Shown here piece after piece: positions 1 through 11,240 of a stretch of 64,000 nt of DNA (the first letter of the stretch is position 1; each line of letters starts with the position of its first letter). The DNA is from Antechinus flavipes. Lineage: Eukaryota. The notes under the pieces are model-generated. The model worked only from the letters and a program-made list of their open reading frames with translations. It did no database searches and was not told the origin of the DNA. The stretch covers positions 554,466,001-554,530,000 of the forward strand of contig NC_067400.1 in the NCBI RefSeq assembly GCF_016432865.1. Reading direction: 5' to 3'. A program made the position numbers and the translations under genes.

Positions 1-327
1 TGCATTGCTGAATACTGAACCATAGTTTGTATCTTCCTCATGATAATGGGAGCACTCTGTTCAATGCTGGAATCTTTACCTAACATTTGAATCATGTATT
101 AGACTCTCCTCACACTGAGATCATAGACTTATCTAGTTCAACTCAATGTAATTCCTTGAAGATGGAGATTATGGTTCACCTCTCAAATTTGTAACTCCTT
201 CCTCCCTTTCTTCTTCCTTTGTACACTACTCTTAAAAGCTTTACAAAGCTTTTGTGACATGATACTGATGATTCTTTCCTCCTTCACCCATTAGATTTCT
301 GGAATGTTATGAGTATTCTGGGATGAA

Positions 328-1293
328 TCAGCTTTGGCCCTTTCTCCTTAGCAACCTAAGCATTGCTTCCCGAATGTGCTTGGACTTGACACTGTAGATG
401 ATGGGGTTGAGCACAGGGGGCACTACTAAGTAGACATAGGCAACAAAAGTATGCACAATGGGTGGTGCATTCCTACCAAAGCGGTGGATAATAGATACTC
501 CAACACCAGGAATATAGAAGACCAGAACAGCTAGAATATGGGAGACACAGGTATTAAGAGCCCGGATTCTTTCTTGAGGAGATGCTAATCCCATCACTGT
601 GTGTAATATCAGGCCATAGGATAGAGCAATTAGCAAAGAATCCAAAAATCCTGTAGACAGAACTACATAAAGCCCATAAAGTATGTTGACAGTGATGTCA
701 GCACAGGCCCTCTTCATCATGTCAGCATGAAAACAAAATGAGTGGGAAAGTTGGATTTTTTCGGGGCAGAAATTCAGTCTCTTCAGCAGGAAAGGCACAG
801 GGAAGAGAGAAACAGTAGCACGGGTCACAATAGCCATTCCAATCCTGCCAATGACACTATTGGTAAGGACAGAGGCATAACGCAATGGGTTTGAGATGGC
901 CACAAAGCGGTCAAAGGACATGGCCAGAAGCACTGAAGATTCTACAACAGAGAAGGAATGGAGGAAGAACATCTGGATCAAGCAGGCATCAAAGGCTATC
1001 CGACGATAATCAAACCAGAGCACAGCCAAGGTGGTGGGAAGTGTGCACAAAGTGAGTCCCAAGTCAGTGAGAGACAACATGGAAAGGAAGTAATACATGG
1101 GCTGGTGCAGACTGGGAGTCCTCCTCACGGCTAGTAGGATCAGGCAATTGCCTGTGAGAGCCAGAGAATACATAGAACAAAAGGGGATAGAGAGCCATCC
1201 ATGCACAGCCTCCAGTCCCGGAATGCCAATTAGCAGGAAAGCAGATGGTTGGAAGAAAGATCTGTTGTCATGGAAGTAGGGAAATGACATCAT
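328..1293 (-). CDS. Class I olfactory receptor, OR51 family (paralog A, 321 aa)
   Basis: Intact intronless ORF with OR motifs GN (TM1), LHQPMYYFLSML, MSFDRFVAISNPLRY, HSFCFH, RALNTCVSH, HRFG, PPVLNPIIYS and an N-terminal NRS sequon. The start is taken at ATG ATG (1293), not the GTG at 1338 used by the ORF track. From memory it resembles the eutherian Or51a25/Olfr559 orthogroup (unverified). Confidence 0.95.
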   Translation of the reverse strand: MMSFPYFHDNRSFFQPSAFLLIGIPGLEAVHGWLSIPFCSMYSLALTGNCLILLAVRRTPSLHQPMYYFLSMLSLTDLGLTLCTLPTTLAVLWFDYRRIAFDACLIQMFFLHSFSVVESSVLLAMSFDRFVAISNPLRYASVLTNSVIGRIGMAIVTRATVSLFPVPFLLKRLNFCPEKIQLSHSFCFHADMMKRACADITVNILYGLYVVLSTGFLDSLLIALSYGLILHTVMGLASPQERIRALNTCVSHILAVLVFYIPGVGVSIIHRFGRNAPPIVHTFVAYVYLVVPPVLNPIIYSVKSKHIREAMLRLLRRKGQS

Positions 1294-2564
1294 TGAAAGA
1301 AGGAAAGAGTCTCTCAAAAGAGTGCAGAATGGACACACAGATTCAGACAGTAGACAGACTTAATATTTACAAATTTTCATCATATATGCAGAAGGAACTG
1401 TAGACCTTTTCCTCATGTCCCAAAATGTTGAACCTTAGGTTTTAGGAAATAGTTTTACCATCCTGGTGAACAGCCATACTGCACTATATTGTTGGAGTTA
1501 TTATATGGAAGTTCTTGATAGCTATCCTAGCATAGAAAAAAAAACAAACAAACCTTGGATTAGCTCAAAACTGCTTGGTGAGCTTGTCAGAACCAGAGTA
1601 TTTTGCCAGTCATATGGAACAGCACCTGTAGACCTAATCTCAGAAATGCAGGAGCAGCTTTCTAAAAGAACTGAAACTCTGGTTTGGACCTTTTAGCAAA
1701 AAGATATTTGAAGCTCTGAGATAAGAGAAGCAAAAATAAGCACATTTTTTCCATTTGTAATGTTTAGTTGGCCTTGCTGTGAGAAACCAAATGTGGATGC
1801 ATAGTTCAGTAAATTTCTTGAGAAATGCCTGGAACAAATTAGGCATGAGCAAATGTTAAAATAATTCAATTGAGTTACCTTTCCCTCATTCTAAGCCCAC
1901 CCTATCCTGTGTTTTCATGGATCTTCTTGATAATGGTATACCACAGAACAAAGACTTATGGAATCACTAAAATAGGTAATTGTATTCACCTGTCAACATC
2001 TTATCTACAATGTTATTCACATCTATTTCCTTCTTTTCCTGTGACCATCACATTACTTCGGTCTCTCATAAACCTTTGTTTATAGTCCAAAGACTGATAA
2101 ATAGTTCCTCCACCATGAGAATGCTAAGCTAGAAGCTTTTAAATTGGACTCCCTAGGAGCCCCCAAATTTCCTGGACAATTTGCTGAATATATTTAAACT
2201 TAAATGAGAAAAAATAAATATTTTTTCAATTACTCACTGAAATTTGTATTTCTTTCAATTTGTAATTTTTTTCTGATAAGATCAGAATACTCTCAGAAAA
2301 GGCTGGAAATACTTTGATGAATTCATTCAAAACAAAATGTACTATGTATAAAATAACAATAATACTGTAAGATGATCAGCTGTGAATGATTTTGCTATCC
2401 TCAGCAATACAATGATCCAATTTGGAAAGAGTTATGATGATAAATATTATCCTTATCTGGAGAAAGAAGTGATTGTGTCTGAATGCAGAATGAAACATAC
2501 ATTTTTCAAACTTTGTTTTCCTTGAGGATGTTCTTTTGTGAGGTAAAATTGTTTTCATGTCCAA

Positions 2565-2725
2565 AAACCATGACTTTTATGGAAAAGTTCTGCATAAATT
2601 TACATGTGCCTTCTCAATGTGAGGGGTGGGGGGAGGAAAGCAGAGAATCTGGGACTCAAAATTTTAAAAACAAATGTTAAAAATTATTTTACATGTAACT
2701 GAGGAAAAATAAAATATTAAATGAA
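2565..2725 (+). mobile_element. Old marsupial L1 3' end fragment (second copy ~12520-12675)
   Basis: G-rich gaggggtggggggagg followed by ggactcaaaattttaaaaacaaatgttaaaaattattttacatgtaac...aaaataaaat, a typical marsupial L1 3'UTR terminus (from memory). Confidence 0.6.
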
Positions 2726-3834
2726 TCTAAAAAATTATTTTTGAAAATGTGTCTATAGCTTTCATTGCACTGTCAAAGACACAAATGTGCCCATGAAACA
2801 AAAAAGTTACAGAATCTCTCGTGTTGTCCATCTTGCAAATGCTCCCAGAATGATCTTAAAGATTTGACCTCATCATCCCTCAACTAACCTTCAGTGATGC
2901 CCAAAAGTATTGAAGTCCCTACACATTTTGGTCCTATTCTGCTTTCCTAGCCATCTCTTTTGTCTCTTTTACAATATTTAACAGACATGCCTTATACACA
3001 TCTTGTGAATACAGCTCTGTGTAGTTAGTGACACAGTTCTATTGATAAGGATCTCACACCAGAATTTCTTTGTATCCTAGCCTGTCTATGTTTTTTTTTG
3101 TTATTACCACTATACCTTTGACTAGACAATTCCCTATATGTGCCCTGCTCTCTTCCCTCCTATCCGTTAATCCATGGTACTCCTCTCCTTCTAAGAATTA
3201 ACTTTCCAAAAGTGCTGCCATGACTTTTTTCCAGGATTAAACATAGGACTCTAATTCAGTAAAAGCTAAGTCAAGACATTTCCTAGGGAAGAGGAGAGTC
3301 TGTCTTTCTGCAATAGAAGATTTTATTTTTTTGATTTCTCTCTTCTATACCAATCAAAATGTTTTAATTTGGAAATGACTTAAAACCCTTCCAAGTCTTA
3401 ATTCAGATTCAGATTTAGTTTTAAAATCTAAAATTTTGTGTCATTCAAATTTTTTTAGCTCCACAATTTCAAAGATTTCTCCAAACTAAACTTTCCCAGA
3501 ATGGTCATAATTGGTAGGTGGTTTAAATGGGAGTTGGTATTAGTGATTAGTATAAGGGTGGAAAAGTAAGTGGAAAATTTCCTTAGCTCTTCCCCTTATC
3601 TTTCTTTCTTTTTCTTAAAGAGGAAACCATGAATGAAGACACAGATTAAATGAAGGATGGGAGGGTGAGGAGAGATAAATACAGAAAATTTACATTCAGG
3701 AAATTTGCCTCTAAGGACAATACATTATCAAGACTGAGAAGTTACTGTGAATTGAGTCATACAGAACATTTTACATGTATCAAATATTTTATCCACTGCC
3801 AGTTCCCTTCCCTATTTCTGCATGACAAATAGTA

Positions 3835-4020
3835 ATAGTAGTAATAAAAATAATAAATAGTATATATAAAGCACTTTAAGATTTGCAAAAATGTTTCTAT
3901 ATTTATTAACTCATTTGTTTTGATGTTGATCACAACTTTGTGAAGTTAGTGCTATCATTATCTTCATTTTATAGAATATGAAATTGAAACTAGGATGTTA
4001 AATGACTTTTCCAGCATTGA
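3835..4020 (-). mobile_element. MIR-type SINE fragment (second copy ~13790-13970)
   Basis: aaagcacttt...attaactcattt...ctttgtgaagttagtgctatcattatcttcattttatagaatatgaaattgaa matches the MIR core on the reverse strand. Confidence 0.6.
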
Positions 4021-4729
4021 ACCTGTCTTCATATGTAATCTCATTGTTTCATATAATTCCTTTGGTACTTATCTTTCTCATTTGTAAAATAGGTATCATA
4101 ATAATTATTGTCCTACCTAAATTATATAATGAGAATCAGTCATGAAAATGTCTTGTAAAATTTGGTCATCTTTCTGGTTTTGTCTTTTCAATTATTATTA
4201 TGAATAGTATTCACATATTCCCTGGGTATCCCTCCTTTTCTGCATATATAGATGGGTTCAATACATTCTACTCCATTAGTCACAGAAAGTAAAAAAGGAG
4301 AAGCAGAGAGGAGAAATGGAAAGTAAGTCTGTAATCCCTACCTTTGGCCTTCACTTGTCTTCAGTGGTAGGGAGGAAAAGATTTCAAAGGAGAGGGGAAA
4401 CTAAAATGCACTAAGTACCAGATCTGCAAGAAGGAGCCAATTTGAAATACAATGTATGAATGTACGTATGTATGTATGTATTTACCTATTTATCTAGCTG
4501 TTCTTTTTTCTCTTTCCTTGGGTGCAACAAGAGATTCTTCCCTCATAGTTCTCATGAAGAATTCTAGAAGCCTAAACAGAGGAAAGGTCACCAAGAAGGG
4601 AAGGAATGGAAAAAAAAATAAAGGGGGGAAAGACTGAGGAAGGCATCAGGTGTCCAGAACTACACAAAATGGGAGATGATTGAGTCAGAAGCGAAACAAG
4701 GATGGAAAAAAAGCTTTGACTTTTGCTCA

Positions 4730-5460
4730 ATCAGCAAGCATTTTACTAAGTACTGGCTGAGCCAGTAGCTATGTCTAAATACTATGGATAAAAACTAAAA
4801 ATGGAGACCTAATTCTTTCCCTTAAATAATTCATGCTTTATTGGGGAAATAAGACACTTTCAGTGATAAGTAAATACTAAATATATGCTCTGTGTGTGTA
4901 TGTGTTTGTGTGTGTGTGTGTGTGTGGAGAAGGAAGTATTAACAATTTATAGTATTCTGAAAGGCATCTTATATTAAAGGAGAGAACTGGAGTATAGGTA
5001 ATGGTACTGGTGGTGAACAGGATAATACTATGGATTCCAACTGGCATAGATCAGGATGGAGAATATTCTAGAAATGGTGATTAGGCTATTCAAAGATAAG
5101 GCAGCTGACGGTTGAATTTTTTTTGGGGGGGGAGAATTTATAGGATACTTTGACTAGAGCACAGAAAGTGAGAGAATTAGCCAGGAGAATAATAGTGCTG
5201 TTCTTTCCAAGAAGGGGGAAGGAAAGATATTTAATGAGTTTAGGAGGAAAGATAATGAGTTCTGTTTGGGGCCTTTTGACTTTGAAATGCCCACCTTATG
5301 TTGATCTGGAAGATATGTAGAACTGCAGTTGGGGAGAGAAGGGAATCGTTGGTATATGGATTTGGGATTTTTGTGCATAGAAGGAATAGTTGAATCTATG
5401 AAGCCGTAAACAAAAAAGATCAAGATTTAAAAGTAGAAGTTCTTAAAGAAGCTCTTAAAG
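4730..5460 (-). mobile_element. L2 fragment (second copy ~14680-15410)
   Basis: caagcattttactaagtact... L2 tail, followed by the purine-rich reverse-strand L2 body (gacttttgaaatgccca...gatatgtag...tatatggatttggga). Confidence 0.5.
4890..4926. repeat. (TG)n microsatellite (second copy ~14841-14876)
   Basis: Directly visible interrupted TG run. Confidence 0.9.
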
Positions 5461-6312
5461 CTGAGCATGGATGTCCTGTACTAAAGAAAACTAGGACTCA
5501 AGGAGTACTCACAGACTGAACTTTCTGAACTATGAAGCTATCCTTGGTACTGCTAATTCAAAGTGTGACTAAGAAATGTATTTACTTTTAACTCCATGGT
5601 CCTCTGTTTCTTTTTCCATGAAGTGAATAAATTGGACTATATTCTTAAGATATGTTTTATTTTTAATAACCTAAATCCTAGCAATCATCCTTTTGAGAAA
5701 ATATGGCATTGACTATATACTCTCTTCCACCAAAACACACTTGTCCAAAAGGATCCTCCTCAAGTACTTCCTTCTTTCTGAAGAATTTGTTATAGGAAAG
5801 CTTTAGCAATAACACATAAGTGTTCAGAAGCTAAGATTTGAATATTCATGAGAAATGAACTACTGTGGAAAATGCCCTGATCTTCCAATTGGTAAAAAAA
5901 AAAAAAATTTGTCTGAACTATTTATTGATCTTATATCCTTGGGTAGATCAGTTGTTTCTGATTCTGGCTTTCCCCTTCTATAAAATGAGAACAAGATGAT
6001 CTTGTTGAGCTCTAATGTTCTACGATTCTAAGAAAAGAAGACTGAGATGGCTCATAAAGATTTTAGCTAATTTCAAGTTGTTTGGCTGGCTTTGAAGAAG
6101 AGAAATACTTGTTCCCTGCCCCTATCAGCTATCTTAGCCACCTATTCACTATCTACTACTTCAATTGATTGCCTTCATAAGACTCACAGATTGCACATTG
6201 GAATAGGTGTTCCAAAATATAAGACCATGTTTCTGGTAAGAGCAGTCTGTGGGTCATATGAAGGCAATAAATTGTAGCCCACTTTTGATTACACTGAACT
6301 GTATTATCTAAA

Positions 6313-6542
6313 CAAAGAGTTCTTAATCTGGGATATACTAACTCCCTAGGATTTTGGATATAGATCTCAGGGCATCTATGAATTTGAATAGGAAAAACGC
6401 ATTTTCATTTAAAGATAATTGATTTTCTTTGGAATTGTGAATTTTATTTTATACCTTTAAAAAGAATCAAGTTCTTCCACAGGTTTCACCGAACCACTAA
6501 AAGAGTCCATGAGATTTTTAAAAAAGAGTTTAAGGGTCTCTG
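6313..6542. mobile_element. hAT-Charlie/MER5-like MITE (second copy 16291-16520)
   Basis: Degenerate inverted ends caaagagttcttaatctggg ... gagtttaagggtctctg; internal ccacaggtttcacc...gagtccatga. Confidence 0.55.
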
Positions 6543-8869
6543 ATAAATACCTTAGTATTTATCTAGTTGCTATTTTCTATCAATTCTTTTTTGTCACAAA
6601 AGCCTTCATCAAGTTTAGGGCCAAGGGCCTGAGGAAAATATCTGATAGAGATTCCTTGTTTATGAGTAGTTCTTGTTAGAGAAGGTACTAAACCAAGTGC
6701 CAAAGAAGGAAGTATCAGGAAGAACCAATGAAATTAGTTTATTTTCCATAAATTTCAAGTATCTAACCCTACTATTCTGGAATAATGAAAACAGAGCTAA
6801 TGAAATCTGTACATTATGTTACTAACCTCAGTTTTTACATAACAGTTGAATTCTTCAGTTCAGTCTCATGTTGTCATGGGCTCAGTTAATAGGTCTATTC
6901 TGCCTATCCCTTATAACTCTGCCTAGGAAAACCTTCATGAAATCTCCTGGCCCCTGGAGATTAAAGAGCTCTAGGACGCGAATCTCTGACTATTTTAAGG
7001 TCTCAGAGATTATGCTGTCTACTTAGCCATTTATGGATGTTTTCAGGTGGGAATAGAATTCAGGTGGAGAATTCAGAAGGACTCTAGAATGAGGAAGGTG
7101 TTAAAAAGGTTGTTGCATTTGTGTTTTCAGTGCTTAATACAATATTTGACACATATAAGCATCTAGCATAACTTTTTATTTGTTTTATTTATTTATTTTC
7201 TCACTAGTTATATGGTCACTTAGAAAAACCCTCTGGATTCAGGGTGGGAGGAGAAAATCTGAATTTTTGAAGGATAGATCAATGAATCACTCAAGCAATC
7301 AATCTTTTCTGAATGCCTTGGAGACCTATCCTTGTTTTCCATCATCAAAGGCAATATAGGGACTATATGAAACCTGTCTTCAGGCTCTCTAGTCTTTCAT
7401 AGCATTCGACATTACTCTCAAAGCCTCTAATTTGACCAACCCTTTTTATTACGTAGAGTCTCTCTGGAAGTTTTTAGGATCAATGGATCAGAGATATTCT
7501 TGTTATTAATCTCTACTTTGCACTTCAATGGATTTTTCTTCAGGGAAAAGTTTTCATGGAGTAAAGATCACAAGATGAAAGGCATCCCTAATTCCTGAGT
7601 TCAGACTTGTGTTGAATGGGGTAGTCTTACTGATGGGGTAATAATGGCATGTGTCTAATTTTACCTACCAAATCAGTTAGAAAAAAAAGAGGAAAGAACT
7701 ATGGAAGATTTTTTTGACTTCATTGGCTAGATGTCTCAATATATCACATTGGAAGAGTATTAGATTTTTGTAATTCATAAATGAATCTTGGCTTGATTCC
7801 TTAAGGTTACCAGTTCTGGAATCTATTCAGTCCAATTTAATTCAATTCATCAAGTATTTATTAAGTACCCATTATGTAAAGAGTTTGCTAAACATTTGGG
7901 TTTATAAAGACACAAAAGAGAATCCGTACCCTGAAGTAACATACATTTTTATTTGATACAGGCTCATACATCTGGAACTAGAAGAGACATTAAAGATTAT
8001 CTCCCTCAATCGTCTCATTTCCAGATGAGGAAATTGACCATTAGTGAGATTAAGTGACTTTTCTAAAGTAATATGGTAGTGACTGAGAGATCTGGAATTT
8101 GAACCCCAGATTACAACTTCAGTGTTCTTCCTGCCACATCACTGAATCCCTTAAGATTATTTAGAAATAGTATTTTAACACCAGTGATTTCATTGGCCAA
8201 GTAAATGCAAGTTCTATGACTTCTTGGCATATGCACATAAATTAGGAGATTATTTTTCTTTTGTAAATATAATTGTTGCCCTTAGTTCTTGTAGAAGGCT
8301 GAAATGACATCATTATTTTAGAGTTAATGAATGTACAGTAGCTAATGGTGGGCTGATCTAACCAATACAATATCAGAATGCTCTACCACAGTTTGGCTAC
8401 AAATAGTCCACGGGCTATTTGACAATGTCTCCAAATTTGAGCATCTCACATTTCTTTTGAGCTATTGCAGTTCTATATTGTTCATGGAACAGTGTTCTAC
8501 CAAACCTTGGGACAGCTCAGCTGTGAGGAAGAAGGTGCTAGAAAAGAGGGTACATGCTAGAGTGATAATTCTCCACTGATAAGAAAGTTTGGGTAGGGGG
8601 AATACAGAAGAAAGTACTGTCGTGTGTTGGGACTTAGGAAATAGTACTAGTTAGACCTCTAAAACCATATAGTGGTGTGTCAACAGAACAAGCACACTAA
8701 TCGTGTGGACATTCCTTCATAAGTTTCAGGATTTAGTGAAGTCATGTTGGTCAATTAATTACTCATAATAATAATGAAAATTAATGCTTATAAACTCTTT
8801 ATGGTTAGAAAACATATCACATATGACATCTCATAATAGTCTCCGAGAAAAAGTATGAAACAAGTCTGT

Positions 8870-9597
8870 AAATTGTGCATACCATTTGAGCCAGCAGTCT
8901 TTACTAGATCTGTATTTCAAAGAGATCATAAAAAGGAAAAAAAAATCTACATGTGCAAAAATGTTTGCAGGAGCCCTTTTTGTAAGTAGAATGAAACTGG
9001 AAACTGAGTGGAGACCCATTAGTTGTGGTATAGCTCAATCAGTTGTGGTATATGAATGTAATGGAATATTTTTATTCTATAAGAAATGATGAGCAGGTTG
9101 ATTTCAGAAAAGCCTGAAAAGATATACATGAACTGATCATAATGAAGTGAGTAGAACCAAGAGAACATTGTACACAGCAACAAGAAGATTATGTGATGAT
9201 CAATTTTGATGGACTTGGATTTTTTTTAATAATGAGGTGATTTAAGGCCGTTCCAATAGACTTGTAATGGAAAGAGCTATTCCCATCCAGAGAGAGAACT
9301 ATGGAGACTGAATGCGGATCAAAGCATAGCATTTTCACCTTTGTTCTTGTTGTTTGTTTTTTACTTTCTCATTTTTTTTCCTTTTTGTCTGATTTTCGTT
9401 GTGCAGCATGACAAATTTGGAAATATTTTTAGAAGAATTGCACATGTTTGACCTATATACAGCCTAGGGAAAAGGATAGGGAGAAGGGAAGGAGAAAAAT
9501 TTAGAAGACAAAGTTTTGTAAGGGTCAATGTTTAACAGTGTCTTTGCATGTATTTTGAAAAATAGAAAGTTTTTATTAAAAAAGAAAAAGTAGAAAA
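8870..9597 (+). mobile_element. L1 fragment (ORF2 C-terminus remnant plus 3'UTR)
   Basis: Translates as TCAKMFAGALFVSRMKLETEWRPIS...VVYECNGI (L1 ORF2 Cys-rich C-terminal remnant), then a marsupial L1 3'UTR and A-rich end. Confidence 0.9.
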
Positions 9598-10274
9598 CAT
9601 GAAACCTGAAGAATCTTGTGAATGTAGTATGAATGTGTGTGTTATTAGTTCTACTTTTTAGATGCAAAAAGAAAGACCAAAAGAATTTATGGGTCCTATG
9701 TAAAATCACATACCTAGGTAACAGCAGTTTCTTGAGCCTTTGAGAATTCTGTCTTCAAGTCTAATTTTACTGCCACAATACTGTGCTATCTTTCTTCTTC
9801 ATGCTAATAGGAACATAACTTTTTACACTAGAGTCAGTATTCTCTATCTGATACATTTATTGTGCAATCGTTATCACATCAGGCTAATAGAATAGTATGT
9901 ACTTACCTCTTTTTTATATACCATTTTAAGATTTACAATGTATTCTTCATTTATTTTGTTATTATTGTCTTATAAAATGTGTTATTATTAATTTCATTTG
10001 AAGTGGAAAAACTGAGGGTAGAGGAGACTCCAAGCCCAGAACTTTATCCATACTGGGATGGGACTTCAAAAAAATCTAATTCTAACCACTGAACTTTCAT
10101 GAGAATGAGCACTATCTCACCTCTAGTTTGACATCTCTTCCCTTCAATATCTATATATTAAAGGCTTTGTCAAAACAAATTCACTTTGTTTATGATTATG
10201 ACTATACTCATAGTTCCCACCCAATCTCAACCATCATTAATTTCCTGAGATCCCAGAACTATTGCCTAAAGAAA

Positions 10275-11240
10275 TTAACTTTGACCTTTTCTCCTTAGCA
10301 ACCTAAGCATTGCCTCCCGAATGTGCTTGGACTTGACACTGTAGATGATGGGGTTGAGCACAGGGGGCACGATTAGGTATACATATGCTACAAAGGCATG
10401 CACAATTGGGGGCGCATGCTTACCAAAGCGATGGATAATGGACACTCCAATAACTGGAATATAGAAGACCAGAACAGCTAGAATATGGGAGACACAAGTG
10501 TTGAGAGCCCGGATTCTTTCTTTAGGAGAAGCCAAACCCATCACTGTGTGTAATATCAGGCCATAGGATAGAGCAATTAGCAAAGAATCCAAAAATCCTG
10601 TAGACAGAACTACATAAAGCCCATAAAGTATGTTGACAGTGATGTCAGCACAGGCCTTCTTCATCATGTCAGCATGAAAACAGAATGAGTGGGAAAGTTG
10701 GATTTTTTCGGGGCAGAAATTCAGTCTCTTCAGCAGGAAAGGCACAGGGAAGAGAGAAACAGTAGCACGGGTCACAATAGCCATTCCAATCCTGCCAATG
10801 ACACTATTGGTAAGGACAGAGGCATAACGCAATGGGTTTGAGATGGCCACAAAGCGGTCAAAGGACATGGCCAGAAGCACTGAAGATTCTACAACAGAGA
10901 AGGAATGGAGGAAGAACATCTGGATCAAGCAGGCATCAAAGGCTATCCGACGATAATCAAACCAGAGCACAGCCAAGGTGGTGGGAAGTGTGCACAAAGT
11001 GAGTCCCAAGTCAGTGAGAGACAACATGGAAAGGAAGTAATACATGGGCTGGTGCAGACTGGGAGTCCTCCTCACGGCTAGTAGGATCAGGCAATTGCCT
11101 GTGAGAGCCAGAGAATACATAGAACAAAAGGGGATAGAGAGCCATCCATGCACAGCCTCCAGTCCCGGAATGCCAATTAGCAGGAAAGCAGATGGTTGGA
11201 AGAAAGATCTGTTGTCATGGAAGTAGGGAAATGACATCAT
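10275..11240 (-). CDS. Class I olfactory receptor, OR51 family (paralog B, 321 aa; chimera of A and C)
   Basis: Same OR motifs. The N-terminus through TM5 matches paralog A (2 differences seen); ICL3 through the C-terminus and the 3' flank match paralog C. Confidence 0.95.
   Translation of the reverse strand: MMSFPYFHDNRSFFQPSAFLLIGIPGLEAVHGWLSIPFCSMYSLALTGNCLILLAVRRTPSLHQPMYYFLSMLSLTDLGLTLCTLPTTLAVLWFDYRRIAFDACLIQMFFLHSFSVVESSVLLAMSFDRFVAISNPLRYASVLTNSVIGRIGMAIVTRATVSLFPVPFLLKRLNFCPEKIQLSHSFCFHADMMKKACADITVNILYGLYVVLSTGFLDSLLIALSYGLILHTVMGLASPKERIRALNTCVSHILAVLVFYIPVIGVSIIHRFGKHAPPIVHAFVAYVYLIVPPVLNPIIYSVKSKHIREAMLRLLRRKGQS

Larger units (their letters stand above)
590..10536. repeat. Tandem segmental duplication, unit 1 (~9.95 kb)
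   Basis: Colinear with 10537-20513 (offset ~9947-9977), with shared L1, MIR, L2, MITE and microsatellite content. Confidence 0.95.

Noticed and set aside
1097-1279. Antisense or alternative-frame ORFs overlapping OR CDSs (also 11044-11226, 30400-30666, 30522-30743, 55307-55591, 55389-55586, 55925-56191, 56095-56373)
   Set aside because: These are shadow ORFs expected over GC-richer coding DNA and show no recognisable domains.
1294-1338. N-terminal extensions in the ORF track for paralogs A, B and C (starts at 1338, 11285, 21259)
   Set aside because: These use non-ATG alternative starts from a prokaryote-style ORF caller. The ATG ATG just before the NRS sequon gives a normal 321-aa OR.
3650-3676. 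DGRVRRD peptide shared by ORFs at 3650/13600 and 29783, with differences mainly at third codon positions
   Set aside because: Only 27 nt of purine-rich sequence. The match does not extend, one start is TTG, and there is no splice context; most likely chance.
8886-9089. Short ORFs with a TCAKMF..ALFV motif (also 18769-19062, 43639-43866)
   Set aside because: They are remnants of the L1 ORF2 C-terminus within degraded elements, not host genes.
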